Shown: piece after piece, positions 30,572 through 41,740 of the stretch | Numbering within the stretch: position 1 is the stretch's first letter | How the letters are laid out: each line of letters starts with the position of its first letter | NCBI GenBank assembly: GCA_964525185.1 | Contig: CAZGFQ010000008.1 | Coordinates: forward strand, 7,603-71,602 | Direction: 5' to 3' | DNA length: 64,000 nucleotides | Source of the DNA: an uncultured bacterium | GTDB taxonomy: Bacteria > Fidelibacterota > Marinisomatia > Marinisomatales > UBA1611 | Made by a program: the position numbers and the translations under genes | Notes under the pieces: model-generated | What the model saw: only the letters and a program-made list of their open reading frames with translations | The model's database searches: none | What the model was told of the DNA's origin: nothing

Positions 30572-31424
30572 AGAAATAATCTTCCACTTTTGATTGTAGC
30601 CAACGTGCTCTTTCTTGTGATATGATATTACTTAATCGTAAGTCTGGGTTTTGATTAATATCCATATCTAATACATAATTAGTCAGTCTAATAAATTCTT
30701 CTTTATTTTGTTCCTTTATTGAAATATTTTCAGCGAATGAAATATACGGAGATGCATCCTGATTTCGGGATGATGCAACCGATTTATCAAAAAATAACTG
30801 AGCTGTTTCACGAATATTAACAGGTGGATCTGGTCTTGAAACTGTATAAGAAATCATAGCTGAATATAGAGCGCCTTTATTCCAGTTCGGATCGATTGAA
30901 ATGGCTTTCTCTAGTAAAAACCCAATTTTTGGTAAATGAATAACCCAATTAGGATTTGCTCTCGATGAAGAAATCATACCACCGTATGATGCTGCAAGCC
31001 AATACAAATATGGAACATCATTTTGATTAAAAGAAATAACTATTTCAGGATTATTAATCCAATCATTAAATTGGTTATGGCGACCAATCAATAGACCTTC
31101 AGACAATTGAATTGCATCTAAAAAAACTTTTTGAGCATTATTTTGATATAATTGTGCTTTAGAATAATCATCATCATAAATACGGTCAGCTTGATCTAAT
31201 AAATATCCATACCCATATTGGACTTTTGCTTCAACAAGTTCAAGAATTAATTTTTCATCATTAAAGCCATTCAAGGAAGCATCTTCCAAGTCAGCAATCT
31301 TCTTTGTTAACGTTTTTTCAATGACTTTAGGGTAATAACGAATTAATGCTGGCGGGACACATGCTGAAATAGAGAATATTATAATTAATAGAATTAATTT
31401 ATCTATGAATGATTTTTTCAACAC
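30564..31424 (-). CDS. TRAP-T-associated TPR lipoprotein, TatT family
   Basis: Lipobox ISAC. All-helical TPR-like protein of 286 aa immediately upstream of the TRAP P and QM genes, with an 8-nt overlap. Confidence 0.7.
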   Translation of the reverse strand: MLKKSFIDKLILLIIIFSISACVPPALIRYYPKVIEKTLTKKIADLEDASLNGFNDEKLILELVEAKVQYGYGYLLDQADRIYDDDYSKAQLYQNNAQKVFLDAIQLSEGLLIGRHNQFNDWINNPEIVISFNQNDVPYLYWLAASYGGMISSSRANPNWVIHLPKIGFLLEKAISIDPNWNKGALYSAMISYTVSRPDPPVNIRETAQLFFDKSVASSRNQDASPYISFAENISIKEQNKEEFIRLTNYVLDMDINQNPDLRLSNIISQERARWLQSKVEDYFYE

Positions 31425-31431
31425 AGAGAAA

Positions 31432-32769
31432 TTAATGAGTTAAATGTGGATAAATGGGATACAATTCACAAAGAGAATTTATTTCAGATTTTATTTTTGT
31501 TAATATTGTTTCATTATCAAACTGTGTTATCGCATCATTCATCCAATATACAATTTTTTTAATTTCATCTTTTCCCATTCCTCGAGTCGTTACAGCCGGC
31601 GTTCCAACCCGTATTCCACTAGTTATAAATGGGCTCCGTTGATCGAACGGAACCATATTTTTATTGACAGTCATTCCAGCATGGCCAAGAGATAATTCTG
31701 CTTGCTTCCCAGTTATATTCTTATTTGATAAATCAATTAGTATGACGTGAGTATCTGTGCCTTCAGAAATAAGATTATAATCTAATTCAAGGAATAATTC
31801 TGCCATATATTTTGCATTTTCAACTGTACGGTTTGCGTATACAACAAACTCAGGTTTTAATGCTTCACCAAAAGCAATGGCTTTCGCGGCAATGATATGC
31901 ATAAGTGGACCGCCTTGTATTCCAGGCATCACAGTAGAATCAATGAGTTCTGAAACATTTTTTACTCGACCTGATTTAGGCGCTATTTTGCCCCATGTAT
32001 TTTCGAAATCAGTGCCCATCATTATAATTCCGCCACGTGGGCCACGCAATGTTTTATGAGTTGTGCTAGTGACTATATCGCAATAATCCATTGGAGAAGG
32101 ATGCACACCAGCTGCAACAAGGCCGCTCGGGTGCGCGATGTCAGCCATTAAAAATGCACCAACTTTATCTGCTACTTCTCGGAATTGATCAAATTCAATA
32201 AATCGCGGATATGCGCTACCGCCACACACAATCAATTTAGGTTTATGCTCTTGAGCAAGGTGATTTACTTCATTGAAGTCAACCCTACCGGAATCTTTGG
32301 ATACATGATATGAAATAAAATTATATAATTGGCCAGAGAAATTTACAGGGCTACCATGAGTTAAGTGTCCGCCGTGAGATAAATCTAATCCAAGAACTGT
32401 ATCACCTGGTTTTAGAAACGTCATTAAAGCTGCCATATTTGCTTGTGAACCTGAATGGGGTTGCACATTGGCATATTCGCATTTAAAGAGTGTTTTGAGA
32501 CGATATTGCGCTAATTCTTCTGCTTCGTCAACATGTTCACAACCTCCATAATATCTTTTGCCAGGGTACCCCTCAGCATATTTATTGGTCATAACACCGC
32601 CAGCCATTTCCATTACGGCTGGACTAGTGAAATTTTCAGAAGCGATTAATTCGAGAGTAGACTCTTCTCTCGTTATTTCCTTATTTAGTATGGAAAATAA
32701 TTCAGGGTCAATTTTCTCGATATATGACAAGGGTTTATTTCCAAGAAGATGGAGGAATAATTGACTCAA
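31432..32769 (-). CDS. glyA: Serine hydroxymethyltransferase
   Basis: [31 protein letters not shown] and the [16 protein letters not shown]-lysine motif. Confidence 0.96.
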   Translation of the reverse strand: MSQLFLHLLGNKPLSYIEKIDPELFSILNKEITREESTLELIASENFTSPAVMEMAGGVMTNKYAEGYPGKRYYGGCEHVDEAEELAQYRLKTLFKCEYANVQPHSGSQANMAALMTFLKPGDTVLGLDLSHGGHLTHGSPVNFSGQLYNFISYHVSKDSGRVDFNEVNHLAQEHKPKLIVCGGSAYPRFIEFDQFREVADKVGAFLMADIAHPSGLVAAGVHPSPMDYCDIVTSTTHKTLRGPRGGIIMMGTDFENTWGKIAPKSGRVKNVSELIDSTVMPGIQGGPLMHIIAAKAIAFGEALKPEFVVYANRTVENAKYMAELFLELDYNLISEGTDTHVILIDLSNKNITGKQAELSLGHAGMTVNKNMVPFDQRSPFITSGIRVGTPAVTTRGMGKDEIKKIVYWMNDAITQFDNETILTKIKSEINSLCELYPIYPHLTH

Positions 32770-34015
32770 TGACCCATTCGTATTCTTTAGATTGGGTACT
32801 TATTTTTCTTCTATTTTTAACTTTTGAATCGGCCATAAACCATTGTGCTTTTCCGTATAATACATCTTTCGCATTCTCAGATAACCATGTTTTTTTATTA
32901 AATCCACGATATCCCAATTCTTCTGCTTTTGAAAATGCATCGAATGCAAGCTTAGCAACGATTCTGTCATCATTAGAAAATGGGTTTTGTCGTAAATAAT
33001 CCCAAGCTAGATAATAGACTTTTCCTTTTTGCCCATATCCAGCCCCTGATTCAGAGTTTAAATCGATTGACTTTTCAGCCCATTTTAAAGCTTTTCCAAA
33101 CATAGCTAAATCAATGTATAAATCTGAAAGATTAATAGCAACATTCTGGTCTCTAGGATCAATTTTAAACAAAGTTTCGAGAGCAGATGCGGCCCCTTCT
33201 AAATCATCTATTTTTTTAGAAGCATCTGCAAGTTTGCGGTATCCGAGCTTACTGCTATCATCTAATCGAATAGCGCGCTTCAGAATAGTAATTGCTTCAT
33301 CTGATCTATCGGCTTCTATCAATCTATCTGCAAAATCAAGCCCATATGAAATATTATCCATATTTTCTTCATAGCGTTTTTGATAAATATCTAGAGGATC
33401 TTTTCCACTACTCTCATAAGCTAATGCTAATTCACTTTGTGATAATTCGTTATTCGGATCAATTTCCATGATCCGGGATAATATAGATATTTGATCATCA
33501 AATCGTTCTTCTTCTTTATATAATTTCGCCAAATCGTCTAAAAGAGTAACATTTGTTGGATCCAAATCAACTAGTCGTTCGTACTCTATAATTTGTTTAT
33601 CATATTTGCCTTGCTTTTTATAAGTGTAGGCTAGGCGTGTTCTTAGCTGAATATTTTCTGGTAATTTACGTAATCCTTTCAAAAGAACTGCTTCGGCACT
33701 ATCGAATTTCCCCATTTGCTCGAATGCTATTGAATAATATTGATATATTTCTTCTGGCGGAGCATAAACAGCATTCCATTCATCACAACCTAAATCAGCA
33801 ATTTCACCATAGATCCGCGCAGTTTGCGTCCAATCTTGATTTCTGTAATATTCAGCTGCACTGCTCATTAATCGTGGGCATCTTAATTCACGCAAACTGT
33901 CCAATTTAGCTTTATCTCTTGCGTAATCTTCTTGGGCAGATTGTTCTGGAGGAACGCACATATTGACCATAAGCCCAGTAATACCTATTATGATTATTTT
34001 TTTAGTTATTTTCAT
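32735..34015 (-). CDS. TPR-repeat lipoprotein
   Basis: Lipobox VNMC, then multiple TPR-like repeats ([19 protein letters not shown], etc.). Confidence 0.7.
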   Translation of the reverse strand: MKITKKIIIIGITGLMVNMCVPPEQSAQEDYARDKAKLDSLRELRCPRLMSSAAEYYRNQDWTQTARIYGEIADLGCDEWNAVYAPPEEIYQYYSIAFEQMGKFDSAEAVLLKGLRKLPENIQLRTRLAYTYKKQGKYDKQIIEYERLVDLDPTNVTLLDDLAKLYKEEERFDDQISILSRIMEIDPNNELSQSELALAYESSGKDPLDIYQKRYEENMDNISYGLDFADRLIEADRSDEAITILKRAIRLDDSSKLGYRKLADASKKIDDLEGAASALETLFKIDPRDQNVAINLSDLYIDLAMFGKALKWAEKSIDLNSESGAGYGQKGKVYYLAWDYLRQNPFSNDDRIVAKLAFDAFSKAEELGYRGFNKKTWLSENAKDVLYGKAQWFMADSKVKNRRKISTQSKEYEWVIESIIPPSSWK

Positions 34016-34019
34016 TATC

Positions 34020-35300
34020 TTATCTTGATCTCCTTTTTACGAACCATATATCCCCCAGTGTGAATTCTGCCATAACTTGTTGATAGTATTCGCTTCCAAG
34101 CGATTCTTTGTAATTACGATTTCCAGTACGGTATGCAATATCAATCTGGTTCTGTGTAGCTTTAAATTTAAACCCTAATCCGAAGGAAATACTAGTATCA
34201 GATATTGGGCTGTTATCCACTGCGAGTGTGTAATTAATTATATTCACACCACTTCTTAATTGAAACTTATCAAGAAATTTGGGTGCAAGTAAATTGGGTG
34301 TAAATCTTACAATACCTAGACTTATTTCATTACTCTTCATTATATAGTCATTAAGTGGTAATATATATGAAAGGTTTGAAAGAACTCCTTTCTCTTCCCA
34401 ACTTGAGTATTCTCCGGATATAGATACATTATCTTTGAACTTCCAGTCAAGGCCGAATTGATATTTAAATGGAGAATGAACATTTTCAGTTCTTCCTTCA
34501 GTAGCGGTAGGTATATCTGATTGATACGGAAAATCCATACTATATATTTCACTATCATGATATCCAGACTGATTTGTATCATCAAACGGGTGGTAAAGTT
34601 TCGATGTATAACTCAATGGGTTATAAGCAACTTGAATCATACTTGAAAAATTAATTGGAGACTCAAAATTGGACGAATAATAAAAATCCATGAGAATTCC
34701 TGAATAGTTAAACCTTCCATTTGCTATGGTTAGAATACCTTCAACATTATTCTTTAAAGATTGTCGAGTAGATCCAAACAGAAAATGAAATTTAGTTCCA
34801 ATATTATGTGATGAATGGATAGCTGCTCCAAATCCTACAAAAATAGAATTAATTCCACCATAGTTATTTAAAGATTTTTGAGTCGATATTGTATCTCCGA
34901 ATGCAATAAATGTTGATTCATCCCCTAGTATACTTATTGATTGATTCTTATATGGCATTAATCCTAATCCAAGGCTGTATTTATCTTTAATGGGAACAAT
35001 CATTTGTCCTACCCCTATCATAGTTTGCCCATTCATGCCATTAAAAGAGTCATACATAGATTGATCATTTAAATATGAAATATTTAATCTAGTATATTTA
35101 AGATTCATCCAACTTGCTGGATTATTTGTGGATGCATTTAATTGGAAGGTTGGAGATATCGAAATGCCGCCGGTTCCAACAATACTTGCAGAGTGTGATG
35201 GGCTATTACCAAAACCGAAACCATTTAACAAACTTTGTGAAAAAAGTAATGAATTAATGTTAAGGATAAAAAAGACTAAAATAATATTAAGGCGTTTCAT
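34020..35300 (-). CDS. Putative outer-membrane beta-barrel protein (distantly PorV/PorQ/FadL-like)
   Basis: Signal peptide from MKRLNIILVFF (internal start preferred). Alternating beta-strand pattern. N-terminal SASIVGTGGISIS...NNPASW resembles the PorV/PorQ signature. Confidence 0.5.
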   Translation of the reverse strand: MKRLNIILVFFILNINSLLFSQSLLNGFGFGNSPSHSASIVGTGGISISPTFQLNASTNNPASWMNLKYTRLNISYLNDQSMYDSFNGMNGQTMIGVGQMIVPIKDKYSLGLGLMPYKNQSISILGDESTFIAFGDTISTQKSLNNYGGINSIFVGFGAAIHSSHNIGTKFHFLFGSTRQSLKNNVEGILTIANGRFNYSGILMDFYYSSNFESPINFSSMIQVAYNPLSYTSKLYHPFDDTNQSGYHDSEIYSMDFPYQSDIPTATEGRTENVHSPFKYQFGLDWKFKDNVSISGEYSSWEEKGVLSNLSYILPLNDYIMKSNEISLGIVRFTPNLLAPKFLDKFQLRSGVNIINYTLAVDNSPISDTSISFGLGFKFKATQNQIDIAYRTGNRNYKESLGSEYYQQVMAEFTLGDIWFVKRRSR

Positions 35301-36525
35301 ATAATATCTCCAGTCTTGTATCATTATTTTGAATATCGGAATCTAATTCAACTGTTATAAATGGATCATTGCTATCATTAGATTTTAAAATAATTCCATA
35401 ATTTGATACATTACCTAATGTAATGTTCTGTAGAAAATTTTTCATTGAGAATTTGAACATGTCATTTACATAAGATGCAGACGAAATAAAGGATGCATTC
35501 CCTGTAAAAGGGTCGTCTGAAAACCACTGCCCCACTATTGTGGTATCAATATTTATGGCATAGGCATTAATATTATATCCTCCTACCACAGAGTTTGATG
35601 CATAACAATATAAATTAGCAGAACGAATCAATGATTTTTCAGGCAAATCTAAAGAATCAAAATCAAATGCCATTAAAGATTTGTATCCGGCACCAGAACC
35701 AACTAACCATTCAGGATAAGATACCAAATCATTTTCCTGTTCTCCCGCAAGGACAGATAAATCACCTTCCGAAATAAATGTAGACTCTAACGTATCGACA
35801 GTTGTTGTGTCGTCTGTAGTTGTGATTAAAGTATAATATACGATAATTCTTGGACCTAAAATCCCATTTGAATAATTCCTACTATAAGACCTATAAATTG
35901 AATCAACGCTTGATGATGTAATCATTTTAAAAGAGCGAACTAAAGTAGAATCTGTTGTATCAGTAAGAGTTGTCGTTAGCTGGGATATGTCTAATTTATA
36001 ATTTGTCTGTTCATAGAAACTAGATGTATCGTTCAAAACTTCAATCACAGGAGATCCTAATTGAGTCCATTCCATTAAAGATGTATCTAAAGTTGTATAA
36101 TTGTCAGTGTATTCTTCAAAAGAAAATTCAGGCGAAAACCCAATTCCAGAAATAAAATCTATTGATTGAGAGCTATCATTAGCTGTTAACAGTAAAGAAA
36201 TACTATCCACGTGTATGTTGGAGTCTAGAAATGTTGACCAATATTGGCCGTTAGTTGCACGGTCTTTAATTGTAAACAGGTTATAATCAATATTATAGGT
36301 AGAATCTGACCCATAGTATAAATATTTTAATGATCCAATCTCTGGTGGCGTTTGGTAAGAGCTACCATTAACGGAATAAACTGTTAATGTGTCTAAGTTT
36401 AAGCCAACATGGGTTAAATCATTATCAATTGTGTTTTCTGCGCATTGCCAAGACAGGCTCAGAACAATCGCACTCATAGGAAGGTAGAACATACCTCTTA
36501 GTTTTCTCATAATAGTTATGTACAA
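35287..36525 (-). CDS. Hypothetical secreted protein, Thr/Ser/Asp-rich, 412 aa
   Basis: Signal-like N-terminus and a long ORF in the operon context. No confident family. Confidence 0.5.
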   Translation of the reverse strand: MYITIMRKLRGMFYLPMSAIVLSLSWQCAENTIDNDLTHVGLNLDTLTVYSVNGSSYQTPPEIGSLKYLYYGSDSTYNIDYNLFTIKDRATNGQYWSTFLDSNIHVDSISLLLTANDSSQSIDFISGIGFSPEFSFEEYTDNYTTLDTSLMEWTQLGSPVIEVLNDTSSFYEQTNYKLDISQLTTTLTDTTDSTLVRSFKMITSSSVDSIYRSYSRNYSNGILGPRIIVYYTLITTTDDTTTVDTLESTFISEGDLSVLAGEQENDLVSYPEWLVGSGAGYKSLMAFDFDSLDLPEKSLIRSANLYCYASNSVVGGYNINAYAINIDTTIVGQWFSDDPFTGNASFISSASYVNDMFKFSMKNFLQNITLGNVSNYGIILKSNDSNDPFITVELDSDIQNNDTRLEILYETP

Positions 36526-36535
36526 TTAAAAGAGG

Positions 36536-37357
36536 TTAAAGTTTCAATATAGCCTGTTCAAACTTATCAGAAACGGCATAATAATCAGGAGACTCATCAC
36601 TTTTAAGGTTGATTATTTTGATTTTTTTCTTATGAGCTTTGATACCAGGTAATTTTAATAATTTTTCAGATATTTTATCTGAAGGTTTATCGAATATTAC
36701 TATTTTGTCAGCATATTGAGCTCCCACTTCGTATAGGTTAACCGTATCGCCTTTTGACGTTTTTGGAATATCTATCTCCGCAAGTTCAATATCAGATTTA
36801 TTCATAATTGCATATTCATTGAAATCGTGAATAGCCATGACAGTTTTAATTTTTTTGTAGAATTCTTTTCCTTCGTAGAATTCTTTATATAACCCTGGAA
36901 TAAATGCAGCCTGCCACCCATTACAAACAAAAATATCTGGAGTCCAAAATAAATGTGGTAAAGTTGCCAAAACAGCCTTGCCAAAGTAACCATAACGTTC
37001 TCCATTATCTGATAATGTACGTCCATTTTTAGATTTATATAATAAGTTTGTCAATGGTTTAAACCATTCATCGTCTTCTAAAAAATATATTTGAACTCTA
37101 GTCTTGGGAATGAATGCACTTTTTGCTGAAACAACCTGCGCATCTCCTCCAAAATCAAATGGTATTTCACGAAGTCTAATCACTTCACGAAGAATGTACT
37201 TTCTTTCGCTAATAAAACCATATTTCGGTATTATAGTACGAATGTCATGTCCTTTTTCCTGCAATAGAAAAGGAACATTAGTTGAAAAATCTGCTATAGA
37301 TGTTACGTTTGCGAACGGAATTATTTCCGTCGTTACATAAAATATTTTTTTTGCCAT
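36536..37357 (-). CDS. Glycogen/starch synthase N-terminal-domain-only (GT5-like) protein
   Basis: The N-terminus IFYVTTEIIPFANVTS...IIPKYG parallels GlgA. It is only 273 aa, has no C-terminal GT domain, and the KTGGL motif is replaced. Confidence 0.65.
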   Translation of the reverse strand: MAKKIFYVTTEIIPFANVTSIADFSTNVPFLLQEKGHDIRTIIPKYGFISERKYILREVIRLREIPFDFGGDAQVVSAKSAFIPKTRVQIYFLEDDEWFKPLTNLLYKSKNGRTLSDNGERYGYFGKAVLATLPHLFWTPDIFVCNGWQAAFIPGLYKEFYEGKEFYKKIKTVMAIHDFNEYAIMNKSDIELAEIDIPKTSKGDTVNLYEVGAQYADKIVIFDKPSDKISEKLLKLPGIKAHKKKIKIINLKSDESPDYYAVSDKFEQAILKL

Positions 37358-37363
37358 ATTATC

Positions 37364-38185
37364 TTAATTAATTGAGAGTTGTTTTAAAGCATCTTTTGCT
37401 TTGGGGTAATATTCACTGCCTGGAAAATAATCGATTAACTTCTGAAACTCATTTCGAGCCTTATCTATATTCCCCATACTTTGATGACATAAACCTAGTT
37501 TTAGTTGAGTATCATCATCTTTATCTGTTCCCGGGAATGAAAACACTTTTTCAAACTCAATAACAGCTTGTTTGAAATTTTTCTTTGCATATAAACATTC
37601 ACCAAGCCAGTATTGGCTATTATCAGCCAAATCATTGGTTTGGTCGGCGGCTACTAATTCTCTAAAACCTGAGATTGCATCATCGAAATCTAAATTTTGA
37701 AAATGGCCTAAACTTTCCATATACTTCTTTTTGTATTCTGCCGCATTATATTTAGGCTCATTTACTAATGGTCTTCCCGATTTAAGATTAGCCATTTCAC
37801 TATAACTGTTTGTTAAAGTAACTATTTTATTTTCAACCATGACTAGCTTATTGAAAATTTCTAAGGATGTGCTATCTCTAAATTGAGCTTGGTTCTCAAT
37901 CATCATAATTTTATTATTCAGCGTATTGATTCGTTTCATTAAAACAAGTGTAATGGAATCCTGCTGCGCTTTTCCTTTTACTGCCTGTTTAAAAGCAGAC
38001 ATTAATTCAGGTAATAAAATTTGATTATTTGTTTCAAGTGAATCGACCTGAACACGTACACGATCAATTTTGGCATTTAGGCGGCGCAATTCTCGGTCAT
38101 TAGATTTTTGACCAAATGCAGCGCTAATGAGCAAAATAAATGTAATGCTCCGAAATATTTTAAATAACATTATGGGTTTTTTCAT
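37364..38185 (-). CDS. cpoB: CpoB/YbgF-like protein (coiled coil plus C-terminal TPR)
   Basis: Signal peptide from the internal MKKPIMLF start, an N-terminal coiled coil, and a C-terminal YWLGECLYAKKNFKQAVIEFEKV...YFPGSEYYPKA pattern typical of YbgF. Confidence 0.7.
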   Translation of the reverse strand: MKKPIMLFKIFRSITFILLISAAFGQKSNDRELRRLNAKIDRVRVQVDSLETNNQILLPELMSAFKQAVKGKAQQDSITLVLMKRINTLNNKIMMIENQAQFRDSTSLEIFNKLVMVENKIVTLTNSYSEMANLKSGRPLVNEPKYNAAEYKKKYMESLGHFQNLDFDDAISGFRELVAADQTNDLADNSQYWLGECLYAKKNFKQAVIEFEKVFSFPGTDKDDDTQLKLGLCHQSMGNIDKARNEFQKLIDYFPGSEYYPKAKDALKQLSIN

Positions 38186-38260
38186 AAATAGGGTCCGATT
38201 GTGATTAAAAAAATCGAAAGGGAATTTAACCCTTTCTCTAAAAAACAACAATAAATCAAT

Positions 38261-39490
38261 TTAGGTAGAATGATTTTTGCTAAGATTCATTACTAGGCCA
38301 ACCATTATGAATGATGAAAGTAAAAAACTCCCACCTGCAGATATAAATGGTAGAGGCAATCCTTTTACTGGTATTAGGCCTACTGTCATGGCTGTATTTA
38401 CGAATACATGAGATATAAATATGGTTGCTATTCCTATTAAAACTAGCGCAGAAAACCTATCATTAGAGAAAGCAGAAAATTTTATTGTTTTGATTATTAA
38501 TAGAGCGAACAGGCCTAAAATGATGGCAATTGCAATAAATCCTAATTCTTCCCCAATAACAGATAAAATAAAATCAGATTCCTGAACTGGAAGAAATTTT
38601 AGATGAGTTTGTGTTCCTTCTCGCCAGCCTTTCCCTAATAATCCACCTGATCCAATAGCAGTAATACTTTGTATTATTTGATAGGCTGCACCATATGGGT
38701 CTTTATTTGGGTCAAAAAGAGTTAATACTCTTTTTTGCTGATACGGTTGTAAAGAATTCCAGAGGATTGGGGATAATAAACCCAAAAATATGTTGGAAAA
38801 ATAAAGCCCAATTCCTATAATCAATTTTGGTTTAGACATGTAGAGTATGATACCTAATGATATCCCCCATACGGTAAAGGAAAATGAATTAAATCCTGTT
38901 AAAACACTTAACAATGGCGCTATGAGTAAAAACAAATGGTATGGTCTGGCTCCTGCCCAATATAAAATAGGGAAAACAGGCGTTATCATGACTACGGCTG
39001 TCCCTAAATCTGGTTGTTTTAAAACGATTGCTGTTGGAAGCAATACAATTAAAAATGGAATGATAAGTGACGTCAAGTATTTCATTGACTTATTTGACTG
39101 ATCCGAGAGGTATCTAGCCATTGCAATAATAGTTATAATTTTGACAAATTCAGATGGTTGTATAGCAAATGGCAGCCCCAAAGAAATCCATCTATGTGTA
39201 CCAGCTCTCAAAGGAAGTGCATATGGAATTAATACTGCAATTATTCCTAATAAATAGATGCCATAAGCATATTTATGAATAAATGTTTTTGGTGTATGAA
39301 TAACTACAAAAAACAACAGAAGAGCAGGAAGAATAAATATTCCTTGTTTATAAAAAGTGTTATTCAATCCAGGATCTTGTTGGTGAGATATGCTGAATAG
39401 AGTCATCATACCTATAAGCAACAAAATAATGGAAATAGTAAAATATCCCCATGGTAATTCATTTATTTTTCTATTTAAATTAAAATTCAT
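38261..39490 (-). CDS. rodA: Peptidoglycan glycosyltransferase RodA (SEDS family)
   Basis: FtsW/RodA/SpoVE polytopic pattern (QPSEFVKI, TDFI-like SDFILSVIGEELG, PLPFISAGGS). Follows mrdA. Confidence 0.9.
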   Translation of the reverse strand: MNFNLNRKINELPWGYFTISIILLLIGMMTLFSISHQQDPGLNNTFYKQGIFILPALLLFFVVIHTPKTFIHKYAYGIYLLGIIAVLIPYALPLRAGTHRWISLGLPFAIQPSEFVKIITIIAMARYLSDQSNKSMKYLTSLIIPFLIVLLPTAIVLKQPDLGTAVVMITPVFPILYWAGARPYHLFLLIAPLLSVLTGFNSFSFTVWGISLGIILYMSKPKLIIGIGLYFSNIFLGLLSPILWNSLQPYQQKRVLTLFDPNKDPYGAAYQIIQSITAIGSGGLLGKGWREGTQTHLKFLPVQESDFILSVIGEELGFIAIAIILGLFALLIIKTIKFSAFSNDRFSALVLIGIATIFISHVFVNTAMTVGLIPVKGLPLPFISAGGSFLLSSFIMVGLVMNLSKNHST

Positions 39491-41258
39491 GATCCATTAA
39501 AATTGTGCTCGAAACATTAAATATATAATCGAATATTTTGGAAGCAATCGGTGCAGCTACATTTCCTCCAGATCCCGAGTTCTCTAATAAAATTGAAACA
39601 CTATAAGTTTCATTTTTACGTTTTGCAAACCCCACAAACCAAGCATGTGTTTTTCCGTGGGGATTTTCTGCTGATCCAGTTTTACCATATATTTGCACAT
39701 CTGTATTATTTATCAGTGCTTTTTTCCCGGTACCATTTTCACCGTTAACAACTTCAAACATGCTGGAAGTAATATAATCCCAACTATGTTCATCAATTTC
39801 TACAGAATAAGTACTGAGTGTTTTTTCAGATGAAATATTAAAATGTAGGCTGGGGGATTTTCCTTTTGTTGCTAATATATTGATATATTTAGCCACTTGT
39901 ATTGGTGTAACTAACAGTTCACCTTGCCCGATACCTAAGTTCAGTAAAACTCCTCTACTCCAACCATATTTCCCATATCTTTTTGTAAAATAATCTTTTG
40001 TAGGTACAACGCCACTTAATTCAATTGGCAAATCCAGATTAGTTATACTCCCAAATCCAAAAGTTGAAAACCATTTTGCAAGGTGATCCACTTCTACATG
40101 TTGAATTGTTTTATAAAAATAGACATCGCAAGATTGAGTTAATGCTTCTTTTAGATCTACATCGCCATGTCCTGTTTCTTGCCAGCATCCAAATAATCTA
40201 TCTCCAAACTGATAAAACCCAGCGCAGTTAAGTTTCGCATTGGGGTCAAATCCTTGGTTTTCCATTAAAGCAAACGCAGAAATCATTTTTACAATTGAAC
40301 CAGGCTGATAAAGCCCCTGCACTAATCTGTTCAATAATGGGTTATTAGGATTTTCGATAACTCTTTTCCATTCATTCGGAGAAATAACACCAGAAAATAA
40401 ATCTGGTTCATAAATCGGGGCGCTCACGGCAGCAATGATTTCTCCTGTTTTTGAATTCGATACTATAGCAGTTCCCTTTTTTTCAATAAATATGTCCTCA
40501 ATATGTTTTTGAAGTCCTAAATCCAAGGATGTTATAATATTATTACCCGGTTCAGGGTTGATTTTTTCTAGGTTTAAAACATGCCCCACTTCTCGACCGT
40601 GCGCATCTACTTCTAAATACTTAACACCGCTTTTACCTTTCAATTCTTTTTCAAATTGTTTTTCCATTCCAGCCCACCCTAATAAATCACCGATTTCATA
40701 ATCAGTTGCATTTTCGAGTTTATTTCGAGAGTTTTGATCAACTACTTTCACATATCCTAAAATATGCGACAATTTCGAATGGCTTGGGTAAAATCTTTCA
40801 GGGTATTGGGAATATGAAATTCCCGGCAAAATTCGTTTATTTTCTTCGAGTTTACTAATTTGATCAAATGACAAATCTTTAGCCAATCGAGCTGGAACAA
40901 ATTGTCCCCTTCTATATTTTAAATAATTTTTGGTTAATATGCTGGAATCAATTTTCACAAGGTTGGCTAATATTCCCATTTCTTTAGGTCTATCTTTCAT
41001 TTCACCTGGAACAGCGGTTAAAATATATGTAGGGTAATTATCAACAATTATTCGCCCATTACGGTCGAGAATTAAACCGCGTGGTGCTGGTATCGTAACT
41101 GTCCGTATTCGATTATTATCTGCTTTTGTTTTGTATTTATTGTTATTTACAATTTGTAAAAAAAAATAGCGTCCGAGTAAGATGAGTAGCAATGAAACAG
41201 TGACTCCAATTGCTACCCATAATTGGCGAATTGTTACAGTATTTTCTGCTTTTAGCAT
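39480..41258 (-). CDS. mrdA: Penicillin-binding protein 2 (elongasome transpeptidase)
   Basis: N-terminal anchor, PBP dimerisation domain, transpeptidase motifs (SIVK as SxxK; KTGSAE as KTG). Confidence 0.9.
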   Translation of the reverse strand: MLKAENTVTIRQLWVAIGVTVSLLLILLGRYFFLQIVNNNKYKTKADNNRIRTVTIPAPRGLILDRNGRIIVDNYPTYILTAVPGEMKDRPKEMGILANLVKIDSSILTKNYLKYRRGQFVPARLAKDLSFDQISKLEENKRILPGISYSQYPERFYPSHSKLSHILGYVKVVDQNSRNKLENATDYEIGDLLGWAGMEKQFEKELKGKSGVKYLEVDAHGREVGHVLNLEKINPEPGNNIITSLDLGLQKHIEDIFIEKKGTAIVSNSKTGEIIAAVSAPIYEPDLFSGVISPNEWKRVIENPNNPLLNRLVQGLYQPGSIVKMISAFALMENQGFDPNAKLNCAGFYQFGDRLFGCWQETGHGDVDLKEALTQSCDVYFYKTIQHVEVDHLAKWFSTFGFGSITNLDLPIELSGVVPTKDYFTKRYGKYGWSRGVLLNLGIGQGELLVTPIQVAKYINILATKGKSPSLHFNISSEKTLSTYSVEIDEHSWDYITSSMFEVVNGENGTGKKALINNTDVQIYGKTGSAENPHGKTHAWFVGFAKRKNETYSVSILLENSGSGGNVAAPIASKIFDYIFNVSSTILMDHEF

Positions 41259-41260
41259 AC

Positions 41261-41740
41261 CTAATCTTGATGAGGGTTCACATTATAGATAGGTTGTAAA
41301 ATCAGCATAAATCCTAAAGTGTAGGCTGTTGTTGAAAACCACTTTATAGAGAATAGAATTATATCACTCATTAGGATCGTCTGATATCGAACCAATGTAA
41401 AAATAAGAAAATGAAAAAAAAGAATGGCAATCCATGAAGCTGTATAATAATAGTGATTTAAGTTGTCACTTTTTATTTGCAAAATTCCTGTAATGTAGGC
41501 TGTTATAGAATATGTTAATGGTGTAAGACCAAAGTAGGAGGATACACCTGCAAGGTCTACAAATATTCCCAAAATAAAACCAATAATTACACCTTGAAAC
41601 CTCCCCTGACGTAAAGCGATATACATAATGTATATAATTGGAAAATCAGGGCGAATTGTACTTATGGATAAAATTTCACTTAATAGAAATTGCAAGAAAA
41701 AAACAGCGATAGATGGCAATATATATTTAATTAAAATCAT
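41261..41740 (-). CDS. mreD: Rod shape-determining protein MreD
   Basis: Small polytopic membrane protein directly after mreC. Confidence 0.75.
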   Translation of the reverse strand: MILIKYILPSIAVFFLQFLLSEILSISTIRPDFPIIYIMYIALRQGRFQGVIIGFILGIFVDLAGVSSYFGLTPLTYSITAYITGILQIKSDNLNHYYYTASWIAILFFHFLIFTLVRYQTILMSDIILFSIKWFSTTAYTLGFMLILQPIYNVNPHQD

